Positions 49,875 through 61,300 of a stretch of DNA of 64,000 nucleotides are shown piece after piece. Position numbers and translations under genes: made by a program. This stretch comes from an uncultured Planctomycetaceae bacterium. GTDB lineage: Bacteria; Planctomycetota; Planctomycetia; Isosphaerales; Isosphaeraceae. The first letter of the stretch is position 1; the number at the start of each line of letters is the position of its first letter. A model generated the notes under the pieces. The model saw only the letters and a program-made list of their open reading frames with translations. It did not search any database and had not been told where the DNA came from. Where the stretch lies: assembly GCA_963833985.1 (NCBI GenBank), contig CAWIAD010000001.1, positions 320,001 through 384,000 on the forward strand, given 5' to 3'.

Positions 49875-52800
49875 TCAATCCACGATCTGGAGCTGGACCT
49901 CGTCGGAGTTGGCCTTCAGCTCTGGGGCATACATCGCCTCGGCGCGGGCCGGCAGCGCATGGAACTTGCCGGGAATCTCCGCGCGGAGGCGGTAGGCCAC
50001 GCTGTGCTTGCCCCGCGCCAGGCTGCTGGCGAAGAAGGCCACGCGGTCGTCGCGGAACTCGACGTACGCGCCCAGGTCGTTGCCATTGTAGCCGCTCTGC
50101 ACCTCGACCGGCTCGAATCCGGCCGCCTTGTGATCCTCGAAGACGAGGTACTCGTAGTCGTTCTTGCTGTCGATCTCCAGCTCGATCTCGACAAGCTCGC
50201 CGCTCTTGAGCGTGGCTCCGTCCGCCAGGAGCTCGCGCCGGAAGTGCTCGGTTCGCTGAGCGACGGCCTGGCCGCGGCCGCCGGCCACGTTCACCGCCTT
50301 GTCCTCGCTCACCAGGCGATACACCTTGCGAGCCACCTTGATCTCCAGGCCCGCGCGGGTGATCGGGTCCTCGAGCGTGAAGTTGGTCAGGTAGGCATTG
50401 AAATAGAGCGGCCCCTGACCCTGGCGGCTGAAGGTGATCGTGTGCGGCCCGGCCGCAAGCTGCGCACCTTCCAGCACGAAGGCGTTGTCGAAATGGAACA
50501 GGTCCGCCGGAGTGATCCTCACCTGCTTGCGGATCTGGCCGTCGACCGCGACCGTCACCGTCATGTCCGGCCGGTCCTCGCCGCTGGCTTGCAGGTAATC
50601 CGCCAGCGCCTCGATGCAGTACGCGGTGTCGCGGGTGGAGCTCCAGTAGCAGCCGTGACCGCGATGATTCAGCACGTACTTCACCAGCCGCGCGGCCAGC
50701 TCGCCTTTCGGGTCCGTGCGCGCCAGCAGCTTCAGGTAGAAGGCGTGAGTCTCGATCTCGCTGCCGTACCAGAACCACCAGTAGCCTTCGCTGGGAAGCT
50801 TGAGGTAAGCCGTCTGGTTCTCGTCGTCCTGCACGACATACTGACCGATGTTCCTGAGCACCATGGCCAGCTTCTCCTTTTCCCCCAGCCGTTCGAGCGC
50901 CAGTCCGAAAAGTGCCTTGGAGTAGACGGAGAGGTGCGCGCGATCGCGGTCGAGGAAGCCGAGCATGGCGTCGTTCCGCACGCCTCCCTCGACCAGGGTC
51001 AGGAAAACCAGGGCGTCGGTATCGTCGGCCTGTTTCTTGTGCGGCTTGACGTCGCTGATGGCGTTTTGCAGGAGCCGCACCTGCCGGTTCTGGTGGCCGG
51101 ACAGCCAGTTCATGCCGCGGTCGAGCATCTCCGGAGGCAAGGCCAGGTCATTCTGACGGGCGAGTTGCAGGCCGTGCACAACCTGCGCCGTGGTGTGCGG
51201 TGAGGTATGCTCGCCGAAGCCGGAGAACCAGCCCCAGCCGCCGTCGGCAAGCTGCATGTCGGCGAGCCGGCTGATCCCGGCGGAGGCCATGCGCGCCACC
51301 TCGGCGCGGTCGAAGACCGGGTTGTGCGGATAACCCTGCCAGCGCCCGGCCCGGAGCTTCGGGTCGCCCAGCTCCTGGGCGTTGAGGTTCACCCGCTTGT
51401 CGCGAATGGCCTCCAGCTCGACGCCCAGCTTGATGAGCAGCCGCTGGGCGATGACCGTCGGCAGGAAGCGGTTCAGCGTTTGTTCGGTGCAGCCATACGG
51501 ATAGTCGGCCAGGTAGGGCAGGGCATCCACCATGGCGCCGGCGAGCGTGGGCGAGTAGCGCACCTCGAGCCGCGACTGCTCGGGCCTGCGTTCCGCGGGC
51601 ACGCGCACCGCGACCTCGGCCCTTTCACGGTCGGCGCCAGTGAACCGGCGACGGCCTCGGTCTTGAGCATGCCGTGCACCTTGGCGGGGAAGGACATCTG
51701 CGCGGCGTCCGACTCTTCATCCGTGAGCGCCTTCATGACGACGATCGCTTGCCCCTCGTGCAGGACCTTCACCCGCCAGTCGACCCGCTGCTCGCCGCCG
51801 GCGGCGATCTCCACGCTTCGCGCCGGCACGTCGAGCATCTCGAGCACGCTCCCCTCGCACCCGAGCACCACCTGCACGGTCTTCCTCGACTTCAGCTTGT
51901 TGTGCACGTTCGCCGACAGGACGACCTCATCCTTCTGGACGAAGAACCGCGGCGCCTGAAGACGGACCAGCAAGTTCTTGGTGGTGATGACCTCCGCATC
52001 ACCCTGGCCCACGCGCGTGCCCTTGCCCAGCGTCCAGGCCTTGACCTTCCAGGTGGTAAGACTTTCGGGGATGGTGAATTCGACCTCGGCCGTGCCGTCG
52101 GCCGTGGAGACAAGCGCGGGTGCCCAGAAAGCGGTGTCGGCGAAGTTCGTGCGCACGACGGGCTGAACGGGGGCGGGCGCGGGCGCGGCGTCCCCTTCGA
52201 AGCTGTCCGAGGAGATGACCGCGCCCGCCGGGAGCCGATCAGCCTCCCCCCTCCACTGGGGACTCGCGCTCTTTGATTTCTCATAACCGGCCGGGGCAGC
52301 GGCCGCAAACATCCGAGCGCGCCTTCCAAGATTCATGCCGCCCCCCATGCCGCCCAGGCCCGCCATGCGTCCCATGTCGCGCGCGGCCGCCTGGTCGCCC
52401 AGGGCAGCCACGTCGTAAGTGCTATCCTGATCGGGGACCCCCAGCACCTGCATGGCGATCTCATTCTGGCGAATCACGTTCTCCATCCGGCGGTCCAGAC
52501 TCGACTCCGCGTACGGGTGATGGCTCCGCCGCCAGCTCCAGAAGAAGCTCTTGATGTCGCCCACGTTCGAGCCGCCGGCGATCGCCTCCACGGACTTGTC
52601 GTAGACCGTGAGCGCGGTCGATCCCACGAATGGCTTGCCGTCGGAGCCCGTCAGCTTCACCCGCACGCGCGCTTTCTGGCCCGGCTTGTACGTGGTGGCG
52701 GAAGGCTCCACGGCAACATTGACTACCCGCGATTCGGGCGGCACGACAATCTGCCGGGCCTCGGTATGGACCCTGCCGCGGGAAACCGTGAGCGCCTCGA

Positions 52801-55800
52801 TGAAGATGTTCGGCATGTCGCCCGCCACGATGCCGATCTCCTCGACCGTACTCTTGCCGCGGAGATGAACAATCCGCGGGGGCGCATAGACGCCGCCGGC
52901 GGGACGCACGAAGAGCAGTACCGTCGAGTTCACCTGGTTCGTGTGGATCAGAAGGCGCAGCGTGTCGCCGGGACGGTATTCCTTGCGGTCCGGGATGATC
53001 TCCAGATCGCCATAGCGGAACGAAGCGTCGTCGAAGCCCTCGCCTCGGATCGTGAACAGGTAGCCCCCCTCGATGCGGTGCCCCTGGCTGTCATCGATCG
53101 TGGCCGAGATGCGGTACTGCCCCGGTGCAGAGGCCTTGATGGTCTGGTTGGCTCGCCCATTCGCATCGAGTGCCAGGTCCCAGCGCTCCACGGGTGTCTC
53201 GACTGGCTTGCCGGTGGCGTCATAACGAACCTGGAGCAAGGCGAGCGTCCCCTTGCCAGCCACCGGCTTGTGGTCGAGCGTCTCTGCCGCGACGCTGGCC
53301 TCAATCGTCTCGCCCGTGCGGTAATGGCCGCGATCCAGCCACGTGTGCACCTTGAAGGGCTGGCGCGCGACGAGCACGGTCCCCGTGCCGACGATCGTTC
53401 GCCGCGACCGGTCGGTCACCTCGGCCATGATTTCGTAACGCTGGTCCTGGTCGGGATGGTTCCGCTGCGCCGGCGCCGTGTCGATCTCGATCGGAAACGT
53501 GCCGTCAGGGCGAATGGGCACTTCGGCCTGGGCGATGACCTCTGGCGGACCTTGCGGCCCGGACCACATCCACCAGGGCCTGGGCCGGGCAATGCCCCAC
53601 CGCGACCAGCCGGGATACCACGGCGCATCGACGGCGAACCACCAGTAACCCGGACCGAAGAGCCAGTCCCAGCGCGCGGGCGGATACCAGAACTCGTCGG
53701 CCGCCACGCGCGTGACCTTGTACCTCACCTTCGCTTCGGCCACCGGCGCACCGAAATAGTAGTTCGCCTTGATGGTCGCCACCACCTTCTCACCGAGCGT
53801 CACCGGCGCACCGGGCGCGTCGACCTTCACCTCAAACTCGGGCTTCTTGTACTCCTCGACCCGGAACGTGCCCCCGCCAAGGTTCGGTAGGAGAAGCTGG
53901 TACACGCCGAGGGCGGCATCGGAGGCCAGCTCGAACGATCCATCGAAGCCGCCAAACGCGTCGGTCTGGAACGTCTTGCTGAGCAGCTTTTCACCCTTTG
54001 GATTGTGGATCTCCACGGGGAACGTCCGGTGCGCGAAGTCCTCGGCAGCGCCGTGCTCGTAGCGAGCCCTTGCCACCCAGCACTTGAACTTCACTGGCTG
54101 TCCGGGCCGGTAAACCGGGCGGTCGGTGATCGTGTAGACCTTCGTCTCGTTGAACTCGGACGGCTGATGCATGGAACCCCAGGCCGGGCTGAAGCCGAGG
54201 TGCGCGAACCGGCCGTTGCGCGTGCGTGCGATGCACAGCGACTGGCTCCATTGCTCGCCGCCGGCGGGCACACGCCTGGGAACCTGAACCTGGCCCATCG
54301 TGTCCGAGCGCAAGACCGCGCCGCTGGTGTCGACACGGTACTGGTTCTTGCCCGGCACCTGGACCATCCGCCAGTCAAACAGCTCGATGTCGGCCCCGGC
54401 GACCGGCTCACCGGTCCGGGAATCGGCGATGAAGTAATAGATGCCTGTGGCCGTTGGCTTCTTGAGGATCACTGTGTCGTCGAGCCAGACGATGATGTGG
54501 CTGGTGTTCCCGCCGGCCATGCGCGCCGTCAGCAGGTACACGCCGGCCTTCTGCAAGGGCGTGCTCACGGTGATCCGCCGGTCGAAATGCCCCGCGGGCG
54601 GGTCCAGTTCCAGGTCCCAGCGCCACGGACCGGCCCAGGTATTGCTTCTGGTCGAGGGTGATCAGCCGCGTGCCGATGTCATTGACGTCGATTTGCTGCC
54701 AGTTGATCTGGGGCGGACCGGAATCGAGATAATCCTTCACGGCCTTCAAGAGCCTGTTGACGAGCACCTCGTGGGCCTCGAACGCGACACTCTTGCCGTT
54801 GCGAAAGCGGAAGCTTGCCGTGGCTCCCTGGCCGGCCGGCTGGACCGTGCCACCATCGAACTCGCCCCAGGCGCCGAGGATCTGCGCCAGGTGCTGGCCC
54901 TTGCCGCCTCCCTCGTCGCCATACCGCTGCTTGCTCTGCTTCAGGTAATCCGCCGCGCGGTCGAGCTGGCGGCGGTTCTCGCAGATCGCCGCAAGCTGCA
55001 CGAGCGCCTCGTCGCCATGGCCCGTGCGGGGGTCGTCGGCAATGGCCTGGTAGAGCTTGATCGGGTTGAACTCATCGGGCAGCGTGAACCGCTTCACGCC
55101 CGTCGCAAGCCGGGCCATCGTTTCATCATCCTTGAGCGTGGAGAGCGCGCGCGGACCGGCCAGAGCCGCCCGGTTGTCTTCCATGGGCCCGTAAGACATC
55201 GCGTTCGCCAGCGTCTGCGTGCCGAACTGGCCCTGCCAGAAACTCGCTTGCTGGAGCCTCGTGTCGTTCAGCAGGCCCGGATTGAGCTCGACGGCCTGGG
55301 CCAGCGCCCACCGCCAGCGCTCGCCGTCATTCCGCGCAGCCGCCCAGTCGCGGGGAGCGCGGTAATAGACCGGCGTGCCATCCGCCTGCACGGGTGCGCC
55401 GGCCTGCGCCGCCCCAGAACGATTCCTCGGCCTCGTCGAAATCGGGCAAGTTCTCCAGGGGCGTGAGCGTCTGCAATCGCCACGCCTCGCCGTTCTCGCG
55501 GTCGGCCAGCACGGCCCCGGTGAGCGCGAACAGGTAGCGTCCCGCGGCCTGCCGGTCAGCGTCGGCCCGCGCCCGATCGAGCCCCTGGAGCAGAAGCTGA
55601 AGCGCCCGCACGCGATCGCGCTGGGCCGCGTTCACGAACCGGCCGCCACCCTGGAGATTGCCGCGATGAAACGTGCCGGCGACGACGAACCCGTAATGCA
55701 GCGGGCCGCCCAGATACGATTCGGCCGCGGCCTGGAGCAGCCGCCAGTTGTCCCTGTGCACCGCGATCACCGCCTCGCGGAAGGCGTCGATCTCATCGAC

Positions 55801-56058
55801 TCGCCCCAGGGTCTGAAGGCAGGTGATCGCCAGCGTCAGGTCGCGCCCCACGAGCGCAGGCTCGTCTTTCGGATCGAGGGCGAGGACCCGGTAACCCTCA
55901 TAGGCTTCCTTGTGATTCCCCTGCTGGGAAAGCCTGTCGCATTGCGCGCGCGACAACCGAGGCTGCGCTTCCAGCCAGCCGCCGGCCCCTACCATCCCGG
56001 CCAGCAGAATGAGAACTCCCGCGCCGCCCAGCAAGGCAAGGATCGTCGTTGTTCTCAT
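49875..56058 (-). CDS. Bacterial alpha-2-macroglobulin (about 2000 aa), split by 3 frameshifts (about 55413, 54620, 51637)
   Basis: TDRPVYRPG, FRVEEYKKPEF, RTNFADTAFW, PRFF, thioester YPYGCTEQ, DGGWGW, YRLRAEIPG, AMYAPE; signal peptide. Confidence 0.92.
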
Positions 56059-56529
56059 CGCTGGCTCGCTTCCGTCGGTTGGTTTTCCAGACTGACCCCG
56101 CGGCGCGTGCACAACGCGCCCCCCCTTCAGGATAACGAGCCGGCCGCTGAATTCTTAGTTCGTCATGATTCACCGGACACCCTGGCTGCCTGAGGGTGAG
56201 CAATCTCCGATATTCCTGCACAGGATCGGATAGGTCCACCCGCTTTCCGGCATCGCAGGACATGAGTGGCCGAAATGTCTTGAAACCTGGGCGGCCCCTC
56301 ATGTCTCGGCGGGCAGGCGATCAACCGAGACGATCCCACGACGCGTCTGGACGGATCCGCGAAGTCGAGCGATCATGGTGCTGTTGCTTACCCTGATCAT
56401 GGAGGATTGACCCGATCGGGCGCGGGTGACAACATGGCCGGGTGATGAGATGGAACGAAGGCGTCAGCACGGCGGCGAAGGTGCGTCGCGTCGTCGAGGA
56501 ATGGGTCACAGACGGAATGTTGGCGGAAA

Positions 56530-56784
56530 ATGAGAACAGAGAGCCTTCGTGAAGCCGTTCGTGCGCAGCCGTTCCGGCCATTCAGCTTGATGCTGGCAGA
56601 TGGAACGCGCTTGCCGGTGCCTCACCCTGAATGGGTCTGGCTCTTGCCCGCGGGCCGGACTCTTGGATGGTCGGACGCAAACGAGCGGGTGAAGTTGCTC
56701 GATGTCGCCCTGTTGCTGGGTGTCGATTTTGAGTCGCCCGTGCCGGCCGGGCCGATCGCCCCGAATCCCAACGGAGGGGATTAG
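56530..56784 (+). CDS. Small conserved hypothetical protein (PFRPF..L.DG..V.HPE type)
   Basis: 84-aa ORF with a motif pattern I recognise from small planctomycete proteins; function unknown. Confidence 0.65.
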   Translation: MRTESLREAVRAQPFRPFSLMLADGTRLPVPHPEWVWLLPAGRTLGWSDANERVKLLDVALLLGVDFESPVPAGPIAPNPNGGD

Positions 56785-56827
56785 GGCGGTTTTCTGACGG
56801 TCGCAGGCAGCTTCTGAGTTTTGGAAA

Positions 56828-56891
56828 GGGGGGCAGACATTCCTGTCTGCCAGGGCAGGCCTGATCCGGCAGGCAGGAATGTCTGCCCCCC
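56828..56891. repeat. 24-bp inverted repeat GGGGGGCAGACATTCCTGTCTGCC / GGCAGGCAGGAATGTCTGCCCCCC (second REP-like family or terminator)
   Basis: One mismatch; each arm is itself hairpin-forming (GGCAGACA..TGTCTGCC); 43 bp after a stop codon. Confidence 0.75.
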
Positions 56892-57275
56892 GGTCTCAGT
56901 CTGCGATCCAGGTGAAAACCGCTCTAAATCGATCGCAGACAGCAGGCAGCGAGGGGCCTGGCGGCGCGCACAGAACCCGAGCGAAGGCCGGGCGGCAGGG
57001 ATATTGCGACGGGAGTGCAAGGCTGAACTGATCGCATGGGTCGCCGCGGTCTGGATCCTGCTCAGCGAAGCTCTGTAACGGTGATGCGGACTGGGGCCTG
57101 CAACCGTGGTGTGGTCGCGGGGTGGATGCACAGTTGAACAGGCGACTGGTGAAAATGACTGGAATGAGGCAGGGCTTCATGTCCGGCTCCTGCCGGATGA
57201 GCGCTTCACGGGCTCTGTCACCCGGCTCGCCTCCTGAGGGCGTCGACGTCCCACCAGAGTGCCTGCCACAACGGA

Positions 57276-57570
57276 TCAACAAACGACAAATCTTTCGCGT
57301 TTTCCTCGTCGCCTGCGCCGGGCGAACTGGCGCGCCGCGAGTCCGAACCCGGCCAGAGCGAAGACGGCCAGTGCGCTCGGCTCCGGGACGTTGTTGGGGG
57401 TCAGCTCGTACTCGGTGTAAACTCCAGCGGGCGAGATCCCGTAGCCCGCAATCTGCCCGGCGTCGTTGATGTCCGTCGCCGAGGTCAAGAGCCAGCCAGT
57501 GTTCGGCGGCAGCAGCGTGTTCAGATCGAGCCCGCCGTAGCCAAAGGCGCCCGGCTTCGCCAGCAGATCA
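57276..57570 (-). pseudogene. 3' remnant of a HAF-repeat/DUF3466-like PEP-CTERM protein
   Basis: DLNTLLPPNTGWLLTSATDINDAGQIAGYG...VPEPSALAVFALAGFGLAARQFARRRRR; in-frame stop upstream near 57627; no ATG or signal peptide. Confidence 0.8.
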
Positions 57571-57682
57571 ACCGCGGCGGAATGCCGGTCTGGGGCTGGT
57601 GACTCTGGTCTCCGCTGACCAGGAGCTCAACGGCGCTGCCGCGGACAAGACCCTGGTGGTGGAGGACCCGCAAGCACAGGGA
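57564..57682 (+). pseudogene. 3' remnant of a PIN-domain (VapC-like) toxin gene
   Basis: (QINR)..NAGLGLVTLVSADQELNGAAADKTLVVEDP resembles the VapC C-terminus 'LVSADxxLNxAAxxxGLxVEDP'; catalytic N-terminal part absent. Confidence 0.6.
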
Positions 57683-57814
57683 CGGGCATGCTCCGTCGAG
57701 CGCCTGGAGGACGCCGCGACCGCTCCACGCCGCCGGCGCAGCGACCCCTTACCCCGGTGCGTGCCGCTCGCAGGAGCCACGAGGTGGACGACGTCTCCGG
57801 GAAGTCTCAACCTG

Positions 57815-58375
57815 TCATGCCTCGTCGCCGTGGGCAGACATGGTGCGGCGGAGCCAGGCCCGGGCGTACGCCCACTGGCGGTCGGCCGTGCTCGGAGAAA
57901 CGCACATTGCGGTTGCCGCCTGGTCGGCGGTCAGGCCGGCGAAGTAGCGCAGCTTGACCAGTTCGGCCTTCTCCGGGTGTGCCCGTGCCAGGCGGTCGAG
58001 TGCCTCGTGGAGTGCCAGCAGCTCATCGTCGGGGGCCGGGGCGGCGAGGTGGTCGAGGTCGACGTCCTCGCGCTCCCTGGCACCCCCGCGCTTGAGGGCC
58101 TGACGGCGCCGGGCCTGTTCGACGAGGATGCGCCGGATCGCCTCGGCCGCGGCCGCGAAGAAGTGCCGATGGCCCTCGAACGCCTGCCCGCCCACGAGCC
58201 GAAGAAAGGCCTCGTGCACGAGCGACGTGGCGTCGAGAGTCTGGCCTGGCTTCTCCCGCGCCAGCCGGGCCGCGGCGAGCTTTCGAAGCTCATCGTAGAC
58301 CAGGGGCAAGACCTCGGCCGCAGCCTGGCGGTCGCCCTGGTTCGCCGCCTCCAACAGTCGCGTGACGTCGCTCAT
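57815..58375 (-). CDS. ECF sigma factor, TIGR02999/ECF43-like
   Basis: MSDVTRLL..GD..AA.EVLPLVYDELRKLA, TLDATSLVHEAFLRL, HFFAAAA.AIRRILV, LRYFAGL, WAYARAWL. Confidence 0.92.
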   Translation of the reverse strand: MSDVTRLLEAANQGDRQAAAEVLPLVYDELRKLAAARLAREKPGQTLDATSLVHEAFLRLVGGQAFEGHRHFFAAAAEAIRRILVEQARRRQALKRGGAREREDVDLDHLAAPAPDDELLALHEALDRLARAHPEKAELVKLRYFAGLTADQAATAMCVSPSTADRQWAYARAWLRRTMSAHGDEA

Positions 58376-61300
58376 GGCGCGGTGACCTTGTCGTCCAGCG
58401 GCCTCGCATCCCAGACCAGGAGGCGGTTGTTCTCATCGAGCTCGCCCCAGATCCTGCGACCATCGAGGCTGAAGCAATGGCGAGTCATGGACGAGCCGGA
58501 CTGGCCACGATCACTGATTGACAGGAGTTCCGCGCCACTCACACTGTCCCAGAGACGCAACCGGCCTTCCCCCGCCAGCAGGCGTTGTCCATCGGGGCTG
58601 AACTCCATGAAATCGAACTCCCTGGCCGATCCCCTGATTTCATAGAGCAGCGCGGGAGTCTCGCCGCGGAGGATCGGGGGCACAGGGAAAACCCGGACCG
58701 TATCCCAGCCCCGCTGGCTCACCTGATACCCTGGCAGCCGGTGCTCGCGGAGAGCAATGAGCTGGCCCTCCGGAGACAGGCCGCCGACATTGGCACGCGA
58801 GCCGATGGGCAGATGGGCGGTTGGGTTCAGGTTCCAGGCATCATACCAGACGACAGCCCAGTCGTCGCTTGCCTCGCTGCTCCCGCAGGTCATCACCAGG
58901 TGCTTGCTGTCGTGGCTGAAGGCGACGCCTCCGAAGTGAGGCGATCCCGGCAGTTCCCTGGTCGAATAGACGACAGCGCCAGTCTTCAAGTCGATGATCT
59001 TGACCCACTGAGGAATGTGCGGCTTGCCAGCCAGCTCGGGGGGGGTGCCAAGGACGGCGGCACGCGCGCCATCGGGCGACACAGCGATGTCTTCCCAGCT
59101 GCCCGGCCCAAGCGGGACCCGGCAGCGTTCTCGACCGGCCGCGAGATCCCAGGCGATGGCCAGGCCCTCACCCGAGTCCGGGTGCCAGGCGATCGCCCGG
59201 ATCATGCCATCGGCCGAGGCGGCGGGCCCATGAGCGTGCCCGATTGGCATCGTGGGCAGCGGACCACCAACGTCACGCCCCGCATCATCCTGAATCCAGG
59301 CCTTCCCCTCGGTCACGGTGTAACTCGTATGAGAGAAACGACGGGTCCCGTCGCGACTGGCGTACATGGACCCGAGCACCTGCTTGAGCCGGGGCGGCGG
59401 AGTCGCATCCCACTCCCGGACCACGCCGCTCTGGTCGAGTGTGACCAGCCGGGAACCCTCGTCCATCAGGGAGATCGCGGCAAGGTCCGATTCGTGCGGG
59501 AAAGAGACAGGGGGGCCGTCGTCGGGTCGATCCAGGGCAAAGACCAAGACGCGGGAATTCTGGACCGTGGCGAACCGGGAGCGCGTGGACACGAGCGTCC
59601 GTTCCGCAAAGTAGTGCAATCCACGAAGCGCCGCGAGCGGATGGGAGGAGAGCCGGCGGCCGTCGCGGGCGTCAAGCACAACGAGAGCCTCACCCTTCTC
59701 GAGAGAAAACACGCGAATCAGGATCCGATCTCCGCCGGGAAAGAACTCTACATCACGAGGGTATTCGGCCTCGCCAAGATCATGGGACCAGACGCGCCGA
59801 CCACTCTGCCGGTCCTGGAGACACAAACGCGTCTTGTTGCCATTCGACTTAGAGCTCCCACGCTCCTCGAGCAAGATGCACCTCTCGTCCGGGCTGAATG
59901 CCAACCAATCGACAATCGTGCTTGCCCGATCCTCGGGTTCAAGCCGGATCCGCGCCATCTCCTTGCCGTCGGGGACACGGAGAATCTGGAGTCCGATCAG
60001 ATTCGAGTTTCGGAAACGATCGGTGCTGCGGTCGTGGATGTCCACAACGAGCCGCTCACCATCCGCCAGGAGCGGCGAGGAACGGTGAAATGGCACTTTC
60101 GGTGAGTCGAAGATCAGCTTTCCGTCCCCGAACTCCCAGAGGCGAGACTCTGCACTGATCTCGTTGCCCTTGCGGACCTCGTTCACCGTCAGGAGACGGC
60201 GGCCATCGTCTGAAAAGGTACACGATTCAAACCCTCCCCGGATCGGGGCGGATCTCCAGAGCTCTCGCCCGGTGGTGGCATCCCAGGCACGCAGCGTCCA
60301 ACTGGAGCGATTTCGTTCGTTCACCGCACCGGCGACCTTCTTCCCGTCGCGACTCAGGCCACCCAGAACACCCATCGTCCGCTCCTGCGGCGTCAGACCC
60401 TCCAGGCGAACGACTCTCTTCTCCTGGTGTGCCTGCCGGTTCCAGTAGTGCCACTCGAAGCCGCGCAGGTCGTCCTCGCCGGGCTTCGGGACCCAGTGCC
60501 GCAACAGTTCCAGGGTCCGCCGCGCATCGCCCGATTCCCAGGCCGCCTGTGTCAGGTTCATCTCGCTGGCGTAGAGCGTCCGCCGCTGGCGGTCGGTGAG
60601 CTGGCGGAGGGATTCTGTGGCGCGGGCCGCGTTGTCGCGTTCCACGACCGCATCACGCGTCGCGGCGATCGCGCGTTGCTCGCTGACAATCGCCTGGTTG
60701 CGCTCGTCGGCCACTCGGGCCTCGGCTCGCACGGCGCGCTGGTACGCGAAGAAGATTCCGGAAGCTCCCGCGTAAGTCAGACCCAGAATCAGGCCCCCGA
60801 CCAGGACCGCGGCGCGGTTGCGGCGGTAGAGCTTGCGGAGGCGATAGCCCACGGTCGGCGGGCAGGCCTCGACCGTCTCGCCTTCCAGGAACCGCTCGAC
60901 GTCGCGGGCCAGGCCGTTGGCCGTCTCATAGCGGCGGTTGCGGTCCTTCTCCAGACACTTCATGACGATCCAGTCGAGCTCGCCACGGACCACGCCGGGA
61001 AGCTTGCCGGGATCGGTCCCGCGCTGGGCAGAGATATCCGTGAGCGTTGGGCCGAGCGAGCTGAGCCGCGTGCTCGGGCGCGGGGGGTCCTCCTCGCGGA
61101 TGATCCGGCGGATCTCGTCGAAGGCCGCGCGGCGGAATCGGTCGCGGTCAAACGGAGTGCTTCCGGTCAGAAGCTCATACAGCAGCACACCCAGGGCGTA
61201 GACGTCGGCGCGGGTGTCGACGTCCACGCCGCTCATCTCGGCCTGCTCGGGACTCATGTAGAGCGGCGTGCCCAGGACCTGTGCGAACCGGGTGTAGACC

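Noticed and set aside
56060..57275. Additional short ORFs (56196-56396, 56821-57078, 56896-57282)
   Set aside because: No recognisable motifs and atypical composition; cannot be supported without a search
57599..58645. 348-aa + strand ORF
   Set aside because: Only the first ~28 codons look like a real (VapC-like) remnant; the rest is antisense to the ECF and kinase genes
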